64,000 bases of DNA from Leucoraja ocellata (Eukaryota), in contig JAWMAR010000256.1 in the NCBI GenBank assembly GCA_036785375.1, positions 3,162,001 through 3,226,000 on the forward strand. The letters are read 5' to 3'. Of this stretch, positions 63,583 to 64,000 are shown in pieces (within the stretch, counting starts at the first letter, position 1; each line of letters opens with the position of its first letter). The translations under genes were made by a program, and so were the position numbers. Under the pieces are notes generated by a model. That model was not told the DNA's origin, did no database searches, and saw nothing but the letters and a program-made list of their open reading frames with translations.

Positions 63583-63865
63583 CTCAGAATAAAAGGATGG
63601 ACTATTAGAAATGAGATGAGGAGGAATTTCTTTAGTCGGAGGGTGATGAATCTATGGAATCCTTTGCCACAAGGCTGTGGAGGCCCAGTCTTTGGATAAT
63701 TTTAAGTGGTAATGGATAGGTTCTTGATTAGTCAAGGTGTTGGGGGTTATGGGGAGAAGGTAGAATAATGGGTTTGAGAGGGACAGATAGATCAGCCAAG
63801 ATTGAATGACAAAGAAAACTTGATGGACCGAATGATCTAATTCTGCTTCTACAACTTATGAACTT
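63583..63865 (+). mobile_element. CR1 3' end
   Basis: ORF 63508..63699 (LRIKG..RNEMRRNFFSRRVMNLWN); tail 'acttatgaacttat'. Confidence 0.85.
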
Positions 63866-64000
63866 ATTATATTTCAATATTGATTTGCATGAAAACTGAT
63901 TTCTGTGACTAAGGGCATCCCTAGATGTTGTGTTCAATTATTCATTTGCACATCTGGCTGAAAACCACTGCAGACGTTCAACTTCCTTTTGCAGTAAGGT

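Overview
This is eukaryotic, AT-rich, repeat-dense DNA, most likely from a cartilaginous fish (probably a skate or ray). That inference rests on HE1-type V-SINEs, CR1 LINEs with (CATAGAAA)n-type tails and abundant Penelope terminal repeats. I recognise no intact host protein-coding gene, so the window looks intronic or intergenic. There is one 297-N assembly gap. All recognisable protein-like ORFs are decayed transposon sequence: CR1 (ORF1 SGNH esterase, APE, RT), Rex1/Babar-like LINE 3' ends, Penelope RT and GIY-YIG fragments, a Gypsy gag-PR-RT remnant and a Helitron PIF1 helicase fossil. The most notable structures are: (i) a 2.25 kb composite non-autonomous Helitron with three stacked 5' modules and three minisatellites; (ii) minimal hammerhead-ribozyme motifs in Penelope-derived terminal repeats, some arranged as palindromes and one carried inside a MITE; (iii) a 1.7 kb TA-flanked pogo-like element full of foldbacks, including a tRNA-Met-like segment; (iv) several repeat-free blocks that look like enhancers. 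All calls come from reading the sequence by eye. Boundaries are approximate unless termini are quoted.
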